DNA of 64,000 bases from Clostridia bacterium (GTDB lineage Bacteria > Bacillota > Clostridia > Oscillospirales > CAG-272), in assembly GCA_017517745.1 (NCBI GenBank), contig JAFWYJ010000047.1, positions 2,150-66,149 of the forward strand. The letters are read 5' to 3'. Within the stretch, counting starts at the first letter, position 1. Each line of letters opens with the position of its first letter. Below the pieces are notes generated by a model. It was given only the letters and a program-made list of their open reading frames with translations. It was not told the DNA's origin and did no database searches. Shown piece after piece: positions 26,144 through 36,141 of the stretch. A program made the position numbers and the translations under genes.

Positions 26144-27424
26144 ATGTTTATGAAAATATTCAAGCCAAAACTCTTCGAGGTGTTTCAAGGATATTCGAAA
26201 AAACAGCTCGTCTCCGACCTTGTTGCCGGAATCATCGTCGCGATCATCGCATTGCCGCTTTCCATCGCATTGGCAATCGCTTCGGGCGTTTCTCCCGAGC
26301 GGGGACTTTATACTGCCATTGTTGCGGGCTTCGTCATCGCACTCTTGGGCGGCAGCCGAGTCAATATTTCAGGTCCCACTGCAGCCTTTGCCGCCATTGT
26401 GGCGGGGATCGTCGCGGATCACGGCATCGACGGCCTTGCGATCGCAACGCTGATGGCGGGTGTGATGCTTGTGATCATGGGGCTTTTGCGGCTCGGTACG
26501 CTGATCAAATACATTCCCGAAGCCATCACCGTGGGCTTTACCTCGGGAATTGCCGTCACGATCGTGATCGGGCAGATCAAGGATTTTCTCGGACTGACCT
26601 TCGCGCCCGGGACGAATGCCGTTGAGACGGTTGAAAAGATCGAGGCGATCGGAAGATCGATCAAAACGGTGAATCCGTGGGCGATCGCCGTGGGTGTCGC
26701 GGCACTCGCCATTTTGATCGTGTGGCCGAAGATCAGCAAACGGATCCCCGGCTCTCTGATCGCGGTGTTGGTGATGACCGTGATCGTGGCGCTTGTCGGA
26801 ATTGGCGTCAATACCATTGGGGATCTTTACACCATCAACGCCTCTTTGCCTCCGTTCTCGCTTCCCAACGTGACGCTTGACCGCATCGTTTCGTTGCTTC
26901 CGAGTGCATTTACCATTGCACTGCTTGCGGCGATCGAATCTCTGCTTTCCTGCGTGGTGTCAGACAAAATGATCGACGACACGCACAACTCCAACACCGA
27001 GCTCATCGCGCAAGGAATGGGCAACGTCTGCTCGGCACTGTTTGGAGGTATTCCCGCCACGGGAGCCATCGCAAGAACCGCGGCAAACGTCAAGAACGGC
27101 GGCCGTTCTCCGATCTCGGGAATCGTGCACGCCTTGGTGCTTCTTCTGGTGCTTGTGGTGCTGATGCCGTTTGCGGCGTGGATCCCGATGCCCGTCATCG
27201 CGGCGGTGCTGTTTATCGTTGCCTACAATATGAGTGAGTGGCGTCATTTCGTTGCGATCTGCAAAAGCGCGCCGATCTTCGAAACGCTCGTGCTCGTGCT
27301 GACCTTCGTGCTCACTGTGGTCTTTGATCTGGTGGTGGCGATCGCGGTCGGTCTGGGCGTCTATTATCTGATCGTCCTGATCAAAAAGCTGAAAAAAAGA
27401 AAAGAAGATGCGCGCACGGAATGA
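26144..27424 (+). CDS. SulP-family anion transporter lacking a C-terminal STAS domain
   Basis: 426 aa. The SulP-type N-terminus (DLVAGIIVAIIALPLSIALAIASGV) is followed by multiple TM segments. The protein ends right after the last TM segment. Confidence 0.8.
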   Translation: MFMKIFKPKLFEVFQGYSKKQLVSDLVAGIIVAIIALPLSIALAIASGVSPERGLYTAIVAGFVIALLGGSRVNISGPTAAFAAIVAGIVADHGIDGLAIATLMAGVMLVIMGLLRLGTLIKYIPEAITVGFTSGIAVTIVIGQIKDFLGLTFAPGTNAVETVEKIEAIGRSIKTVNPWAIAVGVAALAILIVWPKISKRIPGSLIAVLVMTVIVALVGIGVNTIGDLYTINASLPPFSLPNVTLDRIVSLLPSAFTIALLAAIESLLSCVVSDKMIDDTHNSNTELIAQGMGNVCSALFGGIPATGAIARTAANVKNGGRSPISGIVHALVLLLVLVVLMPFAAWIPMPVIAAVLFIVAYNMSEWRHFVAICKSAPIFETLVLVLTFVLTVVFDLVVAIAVGLGVYYLIVLIKKLKKRKEDARTE

Positions 27425-27464
27425 GGAGCTCCCGTTCGCCGAACATATCTTCCTGATGAAAAAA

Positions 27465-27505
27465 GCTCACGCCTCGGCATTTGCCTTGGCGTGAGCGTGT
27501 TTTTT
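27465..27505. terminator. Conserved terminator family copy d, bidirectional between convergent genes
   Basis: GCTCACGCCTCGGCATTTGCCTTGGCGTGAGC, flanked by AAAAA upstream and TTTTTT downstream. Confidence 0.75.
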
Positions 27506-27517
27506 GTATGTTTGCTC

Positions 27518-28906
27518 TTATTTCTTGATGGCGGGGAGGCTTGCTGCTGCGATGGATTGCCCCACGCGACGGCTGCTCTCATCGGGAAGATGGATGGTGA
27601 TCTTCTTTGCCAGCTCGGGGAATTCCTCTGCAAGCACCTTCTGTGCGTTTTTGTGCAGAATGCTTCCACCCTCACCGGAGGATACGCGGCCCATCAGGAG
27701 AACGTGCTTGATGTCGTAGAAGATTGCGTAGTAAGCAACGGCATAGCCAAAGTATGCGCCGATGGTCTCGTAGATCTTTGCCGCACGCTCGTCGCCCTGC
27801 GCCATCAGACCCTGAACCACCTTGAGCTTCTCGGCGGGAGATGCCTTCTCATCGAGCTCGATGCCGGCAGCGGGAGCCAGCTTGATGACAGAATCCTGGG
27901 AGAAATACTTCACGCCGCAGCCGTAGTCACCCGACCACTCGTCGAGCATTGCTTCTTTGTTGAAGTCGGCGGGCACGAATGCAAGCTCGTTGAGCCAGCC
28001 CGTGATGTTGCCGTTTCCGTCAACGTATCCGCCCGCCTCACTGGTACCCATTGCGACGCCGAGAACGTTGGTGTCACCCAGATCCATCGCGCCTGCAAGT
28101 GCGGTCACGTCACCGTCGTTTGCGACCTCGATCGGAACGTTGCCAAGCTCCTTCGCGATGTCGGTGTAGATATTCTTGACGACCTTCTCAAATGCCTCGG
28201 GGTTCTCGTTCTTGACCTTGAGGAAGAGGGAAGAAGTCATGATGCGGTTGCCGATGACGACGCCTGCGGTGGAAACGCCGATCGCGTCGACTCTGGGCAT
28301 CTTGGAAGCGGCGGTCTTCATGGCACTCATGATGCCGTCGTAGTGATATTGAGGATCGTTCTGCAGCTTCGGGAACCAGACGACCTCCTCGGAGTAGGTT
28401 GCCTCGCCCTCGACAACGGCGCTGACCTTACGGTCGCTTCCGCCTGCGTCAAAGCCGATGCGGCAGCCGTCCAGGTGACGTCCGACGGGAGCGGCGGTCT
28501 CGTTGGCAACGGGAGCCTCTGCGAAGGGGACGTGAACCACCTCGAACGGAGCTTCGTAAACGCCCGACATGAACTCGCTGTCAAACGCGCGGATGCCTCC
28601 CTCGGCGTAATCTGCCTTGATCTGATCTGCGATCAGCTTGGAGCCGGCGATGATGATCTTGTAGCCGCCGCGTACCCAGAGAAGCGTCTTCACGATTCTC
28701 TCAACGAACGCGTGGTTCTCCTCGTCGTGTCCCGTGCCGTCCTTGAATACGTCAAGGGTGAAAACGGAGACAAGACCGTTGTTTCTCTCAAGTCCGATGG
28801 TCAGCTTCTCGCCGCCCTCTGCCTTGACGGCTGCTTCAAAATCGCGGTAAACTACCGCCATCGGCATAAAGCCGGGATCGAGTGGTGCATTTACTTTAAG
28901 CTTCAT
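27518..28906 (-). CDS. ROK-family sugar kinase-like protein with N-terminal extension (likely GlcNAc kinase by context)
   Basis: 462 aa with IGFDAGGSDRKV, ANDGDVTALAG and GTSEAGGYVD motifs. Overlaps the nagA stop by 11 nt. Confidence 0.7.
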   Translation of the reverse strand: MKLKVNAPLDPGFMPMAVVYRDFEAAVKAEGGEKLTIGLERNNGLVSVFTLDVFKDGTGHDEENHAFVERIVKTLLWVRGGYKIIIAGSKLIADQIKADYAEGGIRAFDSEFMSGVYEAPFEVVHVPFAEAPVANETAAPVGRHLDGCRIGFDAGGSDRKVSAVVEGEATYSEEVVWFPKLQNDPQYHYDGIMSAMKTAASKMPRVDAIGVSTAGVVIGNRIMTSSLFLKVKNENPEAFEKVVKNIYTDIAKELGNVPIEVANDGDVTALAGAMDLGDTNVLGVAMGTSEAGGYVDGNGNITGWLNELAFVPADFNKEAMLDEWSGDYGCGVKYFSQDSVIKLAPAAGIELDEKASPAEKLKVVQGLMAQGDERAAKIYETIGAYFGYAVAYYAIFYDIKHVLLMGRVSSGEGGSILHKNAQKVLAEEFPELAKKITIHLPDESSRRVGQSIAAASLPAIKK

Positions 28907-30047
28907 AGATGGTTCTTCCTTTCTTGATGGTCCTTATGATATTGATATTCTCATCGGTGATAATGATGTCCGCATCCTTGCCTTCTTCGAGCGAACCGAT
29001 GCGATCCGCGCAACGGATCGCGGTTGCAGCGTTGAGAGACGCCATGTTGAAGACCTCGTTCACGGGAAGGTCGGTGTGATCAAGCACGTTCTTGACCGCG
29101 CTGTTGAGCTTGAGAACGCTTCCCGCGATGGTACCGTCTGCCAAACGGCACTCGATGCCCTTGAGGAAGATCGGTTGTCCGCCGAGGTCATACTCACCGT
29201 CGGGCATGCCGCCCGCGCGGGTACAGTCGGTGATCAGCACCATCTTGTCGCCCTTGACCTTGGCAACGATGGAGTAGAGTCCGGGATTGATGTGGAAGGT
29301 GTCGGCGATCACCTCGACCGATACGTTATCGGAGGACAGAGCCGCGCCGACCACGCCGGGATTTCTGTGTGCCAGAGCCGACATCGCGTTGAAGAGGTGG
29401 GTGGCGTGGTTGACACCGTCCCGGGCGGCGCTCATGGCTTCCTCAAATTTCGCGTCGGTGTGTCCCATGGAAACCAACACGTTTGATTCTGCCGCCAGCT
29501 TCTTGATGCACTTGTGTCCCTCGTCCATTTCGGGCGCGAGCGTGACGGAGGTGATGATGTCGGCGTTTTCAATGATGAAATCAGCGTCGGGCTTGAGGAT
29601 GTTCTCCTCTGCCTGCGCGCCCTTCTTGGAGGGATTGATGAAGGGACCTTCCGCGTGAACGCCGATGATCTCTGCACCGTCCCAGGTCTTGCTCTCTTCC
29701 TTGAGCGAGCGAACCGCGTTCAGCGCGGCGACGATCTCGGGCTTGGAAACCGTCATGGTGGTGGGAAGGAACGACGTCACGCCGTTTTTCGCCACACCGT
29801 AAGCCATCTTTTTGATGCCTTCGGGCTTCGCGTCGCTGGTGTCCTCTCCGAGATAACCGTGAATATGGATGTCCACAAGTCCGGGGGCGACGTAATTGCC
29901 TGCCGCATCGATGACGTCTGCACCTGCGGGCAGCGTGTCCACCACGCCGCTGATCTTTCCGGTCTCACGGTCAAATGCAAGCGATTTGCCGCACACGACC
30001 GAGTCGGGAAGAACGATTTTGCCATTGGTTATGTATGTCAATGCCAT
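28896..30047 (-). CDS. nagA: N-acetylglucosamine-6-phosphate deacetylase
   Basis: GLVDIHIHG metal-binding motif and amidohydrolase-fold features. AAGGAG RBS precedes the ATG at 30047; the ORF extends to 30098. Confidence 0.85.
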   Translation of the reverse strand: MALTYITNGKIVLPDSVVCGKSLAFDRETGKISGVVDTLPAGADVIDAAGNYVAPGLVDIHIHGYLGEDTSDAKPEGIKKMAYGVAKNGVTSFLPTTMTVSKPEIVAALNAVRSLKEESKTWDGAEIIGVHAEGPFINPSKKGAQAEENILKPDADFIIENADIITSVTLAPEMDEGHKCIKKLAAESNVLVSMGHTDAKFEEAMSAARDGVNHATHLFNAMSALAHRNPGVVGAALSSDNVSVEVIADTFHINPGLYSIVAKVKGDKMVLITDCTRAGGMPDGEYDLGGQPIFLKGIECRLADGTIAGSVLKLNSAVKNVLDHTDLPVNEVFNMASLNAATAIRCADRIGSLEEGKDADIIITDENINIIRTIKKGRTIYEA

Positions 30048-30285
30048 AATCCGTAACTCCTTATTTGAATAATTTTTTGTCAGATTACAGTATATCAAAA
30101 TATGATGAATTTTTTGTGAACTTCATATAAACTTTCTGTGTTTTTATGCATAAAAAATGGTAGAGAAACGAAGGGAAGAACTTGTTTTTTCTTGATTTTT
30201 CAACCGCTTTTCGCAGATTGAAAAAACGTTCGCATTTCGCCCTTCTCCTTGGCGATGACGGTTTTGCGGTGAAAAAAGAAAATGC

Positions 30286-30314
30286 TTGACAAGCGCATGA
30301 GAATTTGATATAAT
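30286..30314 (+). promoter_or_regulatory. Consensus sigma-A promoter of the aminotransferase gene
   Basis: TTGACA (30286-30291), 17 nt spacer, TATAAT (30309-30314) with TTTGATATAAT. Confidence 0.6.
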
Positions 30315-30406
30315 AAACGTATAGACAACCGAAGGGAAGGGCGACAGAGAGTGGTTTCTGTCCCCCCGTGTCTAAAAAAATAAAACAGAAAAAGAGGTAT
30401 ACCGTC

Positions 30407-31681
30407 ATGGCAAAAAAAGAAGATCTCGTAATGAACGGCGCGGGCGTTGAGGAAATCGGTTTTCCGGGTTGGCCCCAATTCGCCCCCGAGGTGCCTGCCG
30501 AGGTAACCAAGGTGCTCAATTCGGGAAGAGTCAATTATTGGACGGGTAAGGTCGGCATGGAGTTTGAGGATGCGTTTGCCAAATGGGCGGGCGCGGACTT
30601 CGCGATCTCCTGCACCAACGGAACCGCAGCTTTGCACATCGCGCTCTCGGCGCTTGGCGTCGGCCCCGGCGATGAGGTCATCGTTCCGTCCTACACCTTC
30701 ATCGCTTCCTCTTTCTCGGTCGTGCAGGCAGGCGCGATTCCCGTGTTTGGTGACGTGACCGCAGATCATACGCTCGATCCCAAGTGCATCGAGGCGCTGA
30801 TCACGCCCAGAACCAAGGCGATCGTCGTCGTGCATCTTTACGGTGTGGTTGCAGATATGGGACCCATCGTGGAAATCGCAAAGAAGCACAATCTGTACGT
30901 CGTTGAGGACTGCGCACAGTGTATCGGCGGAAAATACCGCGACACGATGGTCGGTCTCGTCGGTGACGTCGGATGCTATTCCTTCTGCCAATCCAAGCAC
31001 TTCACCACCGGCGGTGAGGGCGGTATGGTCATCACCAACAATGAGGATCTCGCATGGGAGTGCCGTTCCTTCCGTGACCACGGATATGACGTTCGCACCC
31101 GCATGAACATGCTGGCTCTTGAGGAAAAGCTACCTTACATCCATCGCCGCGTCGGTTTCAACTACCGTATGACCGAAATGCAGTCTGCGATCGGTCTTTG
31201 CGAGCTTCGCCGCTTTGACAATTGGAACATGAAGCGCCGTCTCGAGTACGCCGCAATGTACGACAAGGCGTTTGACGGCATGAAGGGCATCGCTGCGATC
31301 CCCTATAACTCCGAGGAGCGCCGCAACGCTTATTGGTGGTATCCGATCCTGATCGACACCGACACCCTGGACATCGTTGCCAAGGAATTCATCGGTGAGC
31401 TGATCGGCATGGGCATTCCTTGCAGCGGCATTCTTTGGCCCGAGAGCTATCTGGAGCAGGCATATCAGGACGGTGTCGGCTTCGGTTCGGCACATTTCCC
31501 CTTCCGTTCGAAGGAATACACCGATGCGAAGTCCGCGGACTATTCCAAGGTCATCTGCCCCGTGGCAAAATCGCTCCGCGACAAGACCGTCTCTCTCTTC
31601 CTGCACCCCTCTTGGGAGCCTGCTCACATCGAGAAGGTCATCGCAGGCGTGAAGGCTGTCATCGCAAAGCACAGTAAATAA
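30407..31681 (+). CDS. DegT/DnrJ/EryC1/StrS-family PLP-dependent aminotransferase
   Basis: SCTNGTAALHIAL and the SFCQSKHFTTGGEGGMV motif (PLP-binding Lys). AGAGG RBS precedes the ATG at 30407. Confidence 0.8.
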   Translation: MAKKEDLVMNGAGVEEIGFPGWPQFAPEVPAEVTKVLNSGRVNYWTGKVGMEFEDAFAKWAGADFAISCTNGTAALHIALSALGVGPGDEVIVPSYTFIASSFSVVQAGAIPVFGDVTADHTLDPKCIEALITPRTKAIVVVHLYGVVADMGPIVEIAKKHNLYVVEDCAQCIGGKYRDTMVGLVGDVGCYSFCQSKHFTTGGEGGMVITNNEDLAWECRSFRDHGYDVRTRMNMLALEEKLPYIHRRVGFNYRMTEMQSAIGLCELRRFDNWNMKRRLEYAAMYDKAFDGMKGIAAIPYNSEERRNAYWWYPILIDTDTLDIVAKEFIGELIGMGIPCSGILWPESYLEQAYQDGVGFGSAHFPFRSKEYTDAKSADYSKVICPVAKSLRDKTVSLFLHPSWEPAHIEKVIAGVKAVIAKHSK

Positions 31682-31716
31682 GAAAGCGACACGGTATCCT
31701 TTTATCGTGTAAAAAA

Positions 31717-31757
31717 CGCTCACGTTCGGGCTTTTTGTCCGGACGTGGGCGCGTTTT
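31717..31757 (+). terminator. Conserved terminator family copy e (divergent)
   Basis: CGCTCACGTTCGGGCTTTTTGTCCGGACGTGGGCG followed by CGTTTTGTG. Confidence 0.6.
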
Positions 31758-31810
31758 GTGCGCTAAACTAAAGACGTGGACCGAAAAATGGAAAGGAAGG
31801 ACGTTTTTTC

Positions 31811-32473
31811 GTGAAGCTTTTGTTTTTTGATATGGAATTTGCCGACGGGCGTGTGCCGGGATCGATCTATTCGTTCGGCTACGTGATGACCGACGAGGAG
31901 TTTGCGGTGATTCATCCGCAGACCGACCTCTTGATCGATCCCGACTCGACTTGGAACGAATACGTGTTGGAGAATATTTTGGCGTATCCCCGTGAGGAGG
32001 TCGAGGCGGCTCCGAAGTTTCCCGCGCACTACGATGCGCTGAAGGCGCTGTTTGCGGAGGCCGATCTTGCAGTCGGATTTGCCGTAAATAATGACACACG
32101 TGCCATCAGAAAAGACTGTGAACGGTACGGATTGCCGCCGATCGCGTTTCGCACGTTGGACATGGAGAAGCTCTGCCGCCTCATGGATGAGCATCACGAG
32201 GCGCGAGGGCTTGCAGGCTGTGTGCGGGCGTGGTGCGGCGAGGACCCCGACCATCAGCACCGCAGTGACGGTGATGCTTGCGCGACGATGATGCTTTTGC
32301 GCGCGATCTGCCGCGCAAAGCACGTTACGCCCGAGATGCTTGTGACTGCCTATCCCGCGTGTTGCGGTGTTTCCGTGACACCGTCCAAATCCGCGCGCGT
32401 TGGGCGGCGCAGAGGGAATCGCCGCGGCGGACGTGCGGTCGAGCGGAAACCGATGCCGCAAACAGCGGAATGA
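31811..32473 (+). CDS. DEDDh-type 3'-5' exonuclease domain protein
   Basis: Exo motifs FFDMEF (D-x-E), FAVNNDTRAI and HRSDGDA (H-x4-D). GTG start with GGAAGGA upstream. Confidence 0.65.
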   Translation: MKLLFFDMEFADGRVPGSIYSFGYVMTDEEFAVIHPQTDLLIDPDSTWNEYVLENILAYPREEVEAAPKFPAHYDALKALFAEADLAVGFAVNNDTRAIRKDCERYGLPPIAFRTLDMEKLCRLMDEHHEARGLAGCVRAWCGEDPDHQHRSDGDACATMMLLRAICRAKHVTPEMLVTAYPACCGVSVTPSKSARVGRRRGNRRGGRAVERKPMPQTAE

Positions 32474-32611
32474 TTTTTGGATACAACCGTTTTGTGAGAA
32501 GGTTTTGAATGCCTTTTTGTGCAAAACGGTTGTTTTTTTGCGCTCTTTTTACGAAATTCGGCGGTGGACAAAAAAAGAATGTGAAAAAATTGAAAAATAT
32601 ATGGGGAAGTG

Positions 32612-32640
32612 TTTACAAAGAGAAAAAAGTATGATATAAT
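32612..32640 (+). promoter_or_regulatory. Sigma-A promoter of the yybS-gdpP-rplI-dnaB cluster
   Basis: TTTACA (32612-32617), 17 nt spacer, TATAAT (32635-32640) with a TG-extended -10. Confidence 0.55.
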
Positions 32641-32688
32641 ATTATAATAGGTTTACTATGTAAAAACGAAAGGAGGCGGAAGAGTCTC

Positions 32689-33921
32689 ATGAACGCTGCA
32701 CCTGCCGGAATCGAATTGGAAAATCCTTGGAAACAGAAGGATCGGCTTCCCAAGGCTTCCGTGAAACATATCATTCTTGCCGCCGTCATGTGTCTGGTGT
32801 CTGCCGTCGGAATTCCTTTGTGCGGACATGCATGGTTTGGGCCTTTGGCAGTGGTTCTCGCGCTTTGCTTTTACGTCGTGTTTGCGGCGCGTTCACCTTT
32901 TTCGATCCTCATCATTCTGCTCACCGCCTTTTCCACGATGGCGATCGGCGTCGGCATCCCCGGCGTTTCCGTGGTGCTTTCTCTGATTGTCGGTGCCATG
33001 ACGCTGGCGTATCTTCTCACCCTCATCAAGCACTTTTATCTTGCTTTTTTGATTCCCCTTGCGGGATTTGGAATCGTTTTTGCCCTGAGCGGAGATTGGC
33101 GATTTTCCCTGCTTGCGCTCGTTTTTGTGCCTGCGGGCATTTTGCTTGCGGTTGCGACTTTGGGCGCGAAGCCGCGCACGGCTGCCATTTGCTTCACCGC
33201 CGCGGGATTTTTGATCTCGTTGCTGACGTTGTTCGGAGTATGGGTGTATTCGGAAACCGGCGGCTTTGGACGAGAGCAGATTCTGGCGGTGATTGAGGCC
33301 GTCAAGGATGCCGTCATGCAACAGATCGAACCGATCCGCGAGGAGATCTTTGCCCTTGCGAAAGAATCGCAAAATCCGTCCGCGATGCAGTTGGCGGAAG
33401 CTTTCGCCGCGATGTATAGTGAGGAGATGATCATGCAGCTGATGCAGCTGGTCCCCGCCGTAGCGGTGGTGGCTTGCAGCATTCTTGCCTTCGATGCCCA
33501 GCTGTTGCTGGGAATGAACTATTTCAGCACGGGGCTTGGAGAACTCGTGCCGAAGCAGGCGCGGATCTTCAACATGAGCCTGACCGCCGCCGTGCTGTAC
33601 GCCGCCTCCTTCTTGCTGTTGCTGTTCATGCCGACGGGTTCTTTGGCTGCCGCCGTCATGCAGAACCTCTCCTTGATCCTGATGCCGGGATTCGCGCTTT
33701 TGGGCATTCGGGGACTTGCGATCAGCTTTTCGAGAGCGCGCGGAGGATTTCGAGTCTTTTTGATCCTCTTTGTGGGGGCGATGCTGTGCTGTTCCTCCGA
33801 GTTGATTTTCTATATTCTCGGTTTGTGGGGGGCTTACGGCAGAATCTCGGAAGCCGTTCAGCGGAGAATTTTGGAAAAGATGATTCAAAACGGCAACGAT
33901 TCCTCCGACGGCGAGGAATGA
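32689..33921 (+). CDS. yybS: DUF2232 (YybS-like) polytopic membrane protein
   Basis: 410 aa with many TM segments. Occupies the conserved position immediately upstream of gdpP-rplI-dnaB. Confidence 0.7.
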   Translation: MNAAPAGIELENPWKQKDRLPKASVKHIILAAVMCLVSAVGIPLCGHAWFGPLAVVLALCFYVVFAARSPFSILIILLTAFSTMAIGVGIPGVSVVLSLIVGAMTLAYLLTLIKHFYLAFLIPLAGFGIVFALSGDWRFSLLALVFVPAGILLAVATLGAKPRTAAICFTAAGFLISLLTLFGVWVYSETGGFGREQILAVIEAVKDAVMQQIEPIREEIFALAKESQNPSAMQLAEAFAAMYSEEMIMQLMQLVPAVAVVACSILAFDAQLLLGMNYFSTGLGELVPKQARIFNMSLTAAVLYAASFLLLLFMPTGSLAAAVMQNLSLILMPGFALLGIRGLAISFSRARGGFRVFLILFVGAMLCCSSELIFYILGLWGAYGRISEAVQRRILEKMIQNGNDSSDGEE

Positions 33922-34003
33922 GTTCGCGCAATCCCCAAAGGACGTTTGCCGCATGCTGTTTGATCTTTGCGATATTAGTTTGCGATATTAGGAGGATAGA
34001 CTT

Positions 34004-36121
34004 ATGCAAAAGAAGAAACGCCATTCGTTTCGCACCGATCTGCGCCCGCCGCTGATCGTTGCCTCCCTCATCGGAGTTGCGTTGCTTGGAGTGTTCACGC
34101 TCCTTTCTCTGATCGTCACGCCCGAGGAGCTTCCTCTGTACGGCGCGTCGCTCTGCGGAATCTACGTGCTTTCCGTGGGGTGTATTCTGTTTCCGTATTT
34201 GTTGCGCTACCGCCGCATTACGAGAGCGAATGACGCCGCCGACCTGATGACCACCGAGATCAGCGACATGTTCCGTTACGTGGTCGACATTCCTTACGCC
34301 ATCATCGGCGGTGACGGAATGGTCAAGATCGTCAGCGGAGCACTGCAGGATATTCTGCAATTCCGCTCTCCCGTGTGCAACGTGCCGCTGTCGACCTTTT
34401 GTTCGGTCCCGATGGATGATGTGATTGCCTATGCGCATAACGGCGCGCAGGTCAGAGACATCACCATCACGGAGGACGGTGTGCCGCTGGACAATACCAA
34501 GCCGATGATTACCGAGATCGACGGAAAGAAGTATGGCATGCAATGCTACGTCATGCGCTCGCGCGGAAAGGATTATTTTTTCGTGATCTTCGAGGACATT
34601 ACCGAGGATCTCGCAATGCGCAAGAAAATGTATGAAGAGGATCCCGTGGTTGCCTACGTGGTCATCGACAGCTTGCAAGAGTTGGCACAGTATATCCGCG
34701 TCAGCTACCGAACCGCGGTCAATGAGATCGAAAACAAGCTCAAGGAATGGGCTGCTGGCTTTGGCGGCATTCTCAGGGAATACGAGCGAGAAAAATATTT
34801 GCTGGTCTTCACCCGTGCCGCGTTGGACAAATGCATCAAAAACAAATTCCGCATTTTGGATACCGTTCGCAGCATCGAGCTGGGCGACAACAGCTTCCCC
34901 GTGACGATTTCGATCGGCGTGGGCGCGATCAACGGCAGCTTTGAGGACAAGGAACGTGCCGCGAGAGACGCGTTGGATATCGCGCTGCAAAAGGGCGGTG
35001 ACCAAGCGGCGGTCAACGACGGAAAATCGGTCACGCCTTACGGCGGACGTGTCAATACGATGTACGGTTCGACCACCATCACATCGCGCGTCAACTCCTC
35101 GCACCTGACCAAGCTGATGAAGGATGCGGGCAACATTCTGATCATGGGACACCGTTCGCCCGACTATGACTCGATCGGTTCTTGTGTCGGTCTTGCGAGA
35201 TTGGCGATCTGCGCGCGCGGAGATGCCTCCAAGATTCGCATCGTGGTCAATCGCGATCACGTTAATTTCCGCGTTTGCTACGATCTCTTGGCGCATCTGC
35301 CGGAATATCGCGCGATGTTCATCAGCGGAGACACCGCGTTGGATGCCGTGAGATCGGATACGCTTTTGATCATGAGTGACGTCAACAACGTCTTCAACAC
35401 CGAGACGCCGCGACTCCTCAAATGTGTGAAAAACGTGGTGATCATCGACCACCACCGCAGGCAGGATCAGCTCTATGAATTCAAGCCGTTGATGACCTAT
35501 ATCCGTCCTGCCGTTGCCGCGGCGAGCGAGCTGGTCAGCGAAATGCTCGAATTCAGTCCTTACCGCGACAGACTTCTCAAGGAAGAGGCGAATCTGATGC
35601 TTGCGGGTATGATGTTGGATACCAAGAACTTTACGCAGGGCGCGGGAATGCAAACCTTCTCCGCGGTGCAATATCTGTATGGAAGAGGCGCGCATGCCAA
35701 CTCGGTCCGCACCTTCTTCTCCGAGTCGATGTCGAATCTGTTTACGGCATGCGATATCGACAGCCGCACACGTACCTATCGCGAAAAGATCGCGCTGACC
35801 TGGCTCAGCGTGGACCATCCGGCGACCGAAGAAGACAACATCGCGGTGGCGAAAGCGGCGGACAAGCTGATGACCATTTCGGGCATCGAAGCATCGTTTG
35901 CGCTTTTGCGCGCCGACGATACCGTGACGATCTCCGCACGTTCGCACGATAAGATCAACGTGCAGATCATCATGCAACGCTTGGGCGGCGGCGGACACTA
36001 CGATATGGCGGGAACGCGCATGACGCACACCACGCTTGAAGCCGCGTGTGTGCAGCTCAAGACCGTGATCGACGAATACATGGACAATGAGTACGAATCC
36101 GAAAAAGGTATGAAACGATAA
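34004..36121 (+). CDS. gdpP: Cyclic-di-AMP phosphodiesterase GdpP (TM + PAS-like + degenerate GGDEF + DHH/DHHA1)
   Basis: 705 aa. Two N-terminal TM segments, DHH motif (IIDHHRR), DHHA1 motif (GGGGH). Synteny with rplI and dnaB. Confidence 0.85.
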   Translation: MQKKKRHSFRTDLRPPLIVASLIGVALLGVFTLLSLIVTPEELPLYGASLCGIYVLSVGCILFPYLLRYRRITRANDAADLMTTEISDMFRYVVDIPYAIIGGDGMVKIVSGALQDILQFRSPVCNVPLSTFCSVPMDDVIAYAHNGAQVRDITITEDGVPLDNTKPMITEIDGKKYGMQCYVMRSRGKDYFFVIFEDITEDLAMRKKMYEEDPVVAYVVIDSLQELAQYIRVSYRTAVNEIENKLKEWAAGFGGILREYEREKYLLVFTRAALDKCIKNKFRILDTVRSIELGDNSFPVTISIGVGAINGSFEDKERAARDALDIALQKGGDQAAVNDGKSVTPYGGRVNTMYGSTTITSRVNSSHLTKLMKDAGNILIMGHRSPDYDSIGSCVGLARLAICARGDASKIRIVVNRDHVNFRVCYDLLAHLPEYRAMFISGDTALDAVRSDTLLIMSDVNNVFNTETPRLLKCVKNVVIIDHHRRQDQLYEFKPLMTYIRPAVAAASELVSEMLEFSPYRDRLLKEEANLMLAGMMLDTKNFTQGAGMQTFSAVQYLYGRGAHANSVRTFFSESMSNLFTACDIDSRTRTYREKIALTWLSVDHPATEEDNIAVAKAADKLMTISGIEASFALLRADDTVTISARSHDKINVQIIMQRLGGGGHYDMAGTRMTHTTLEAACVQLKTVIDEYMDNEYESEKGMKR

Positions 36122-36141
36122 TCAAAGGAGACAATAGAACA

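Noticed and set aside
27491-28927. 478-aa plus-strand ORF opposite the ROK kinase gene
   Set aside because: The minus-strand protein carries ROK/ASKHA motifs and is coupled to nagA. The plus-strand ORF is Cys/Leu/Val/Asp-rich with no motif.
33722-36028. 768-aa ORF on the minus strand, antisense to gdpP
   Set aside because: Its composition is typical of antisense reading in GC-rich DNA (rich in R, H, V, D, A). It has no motifs. The plus-strand gene has clear DHH/DHHA1 motifs and conserved synteny.
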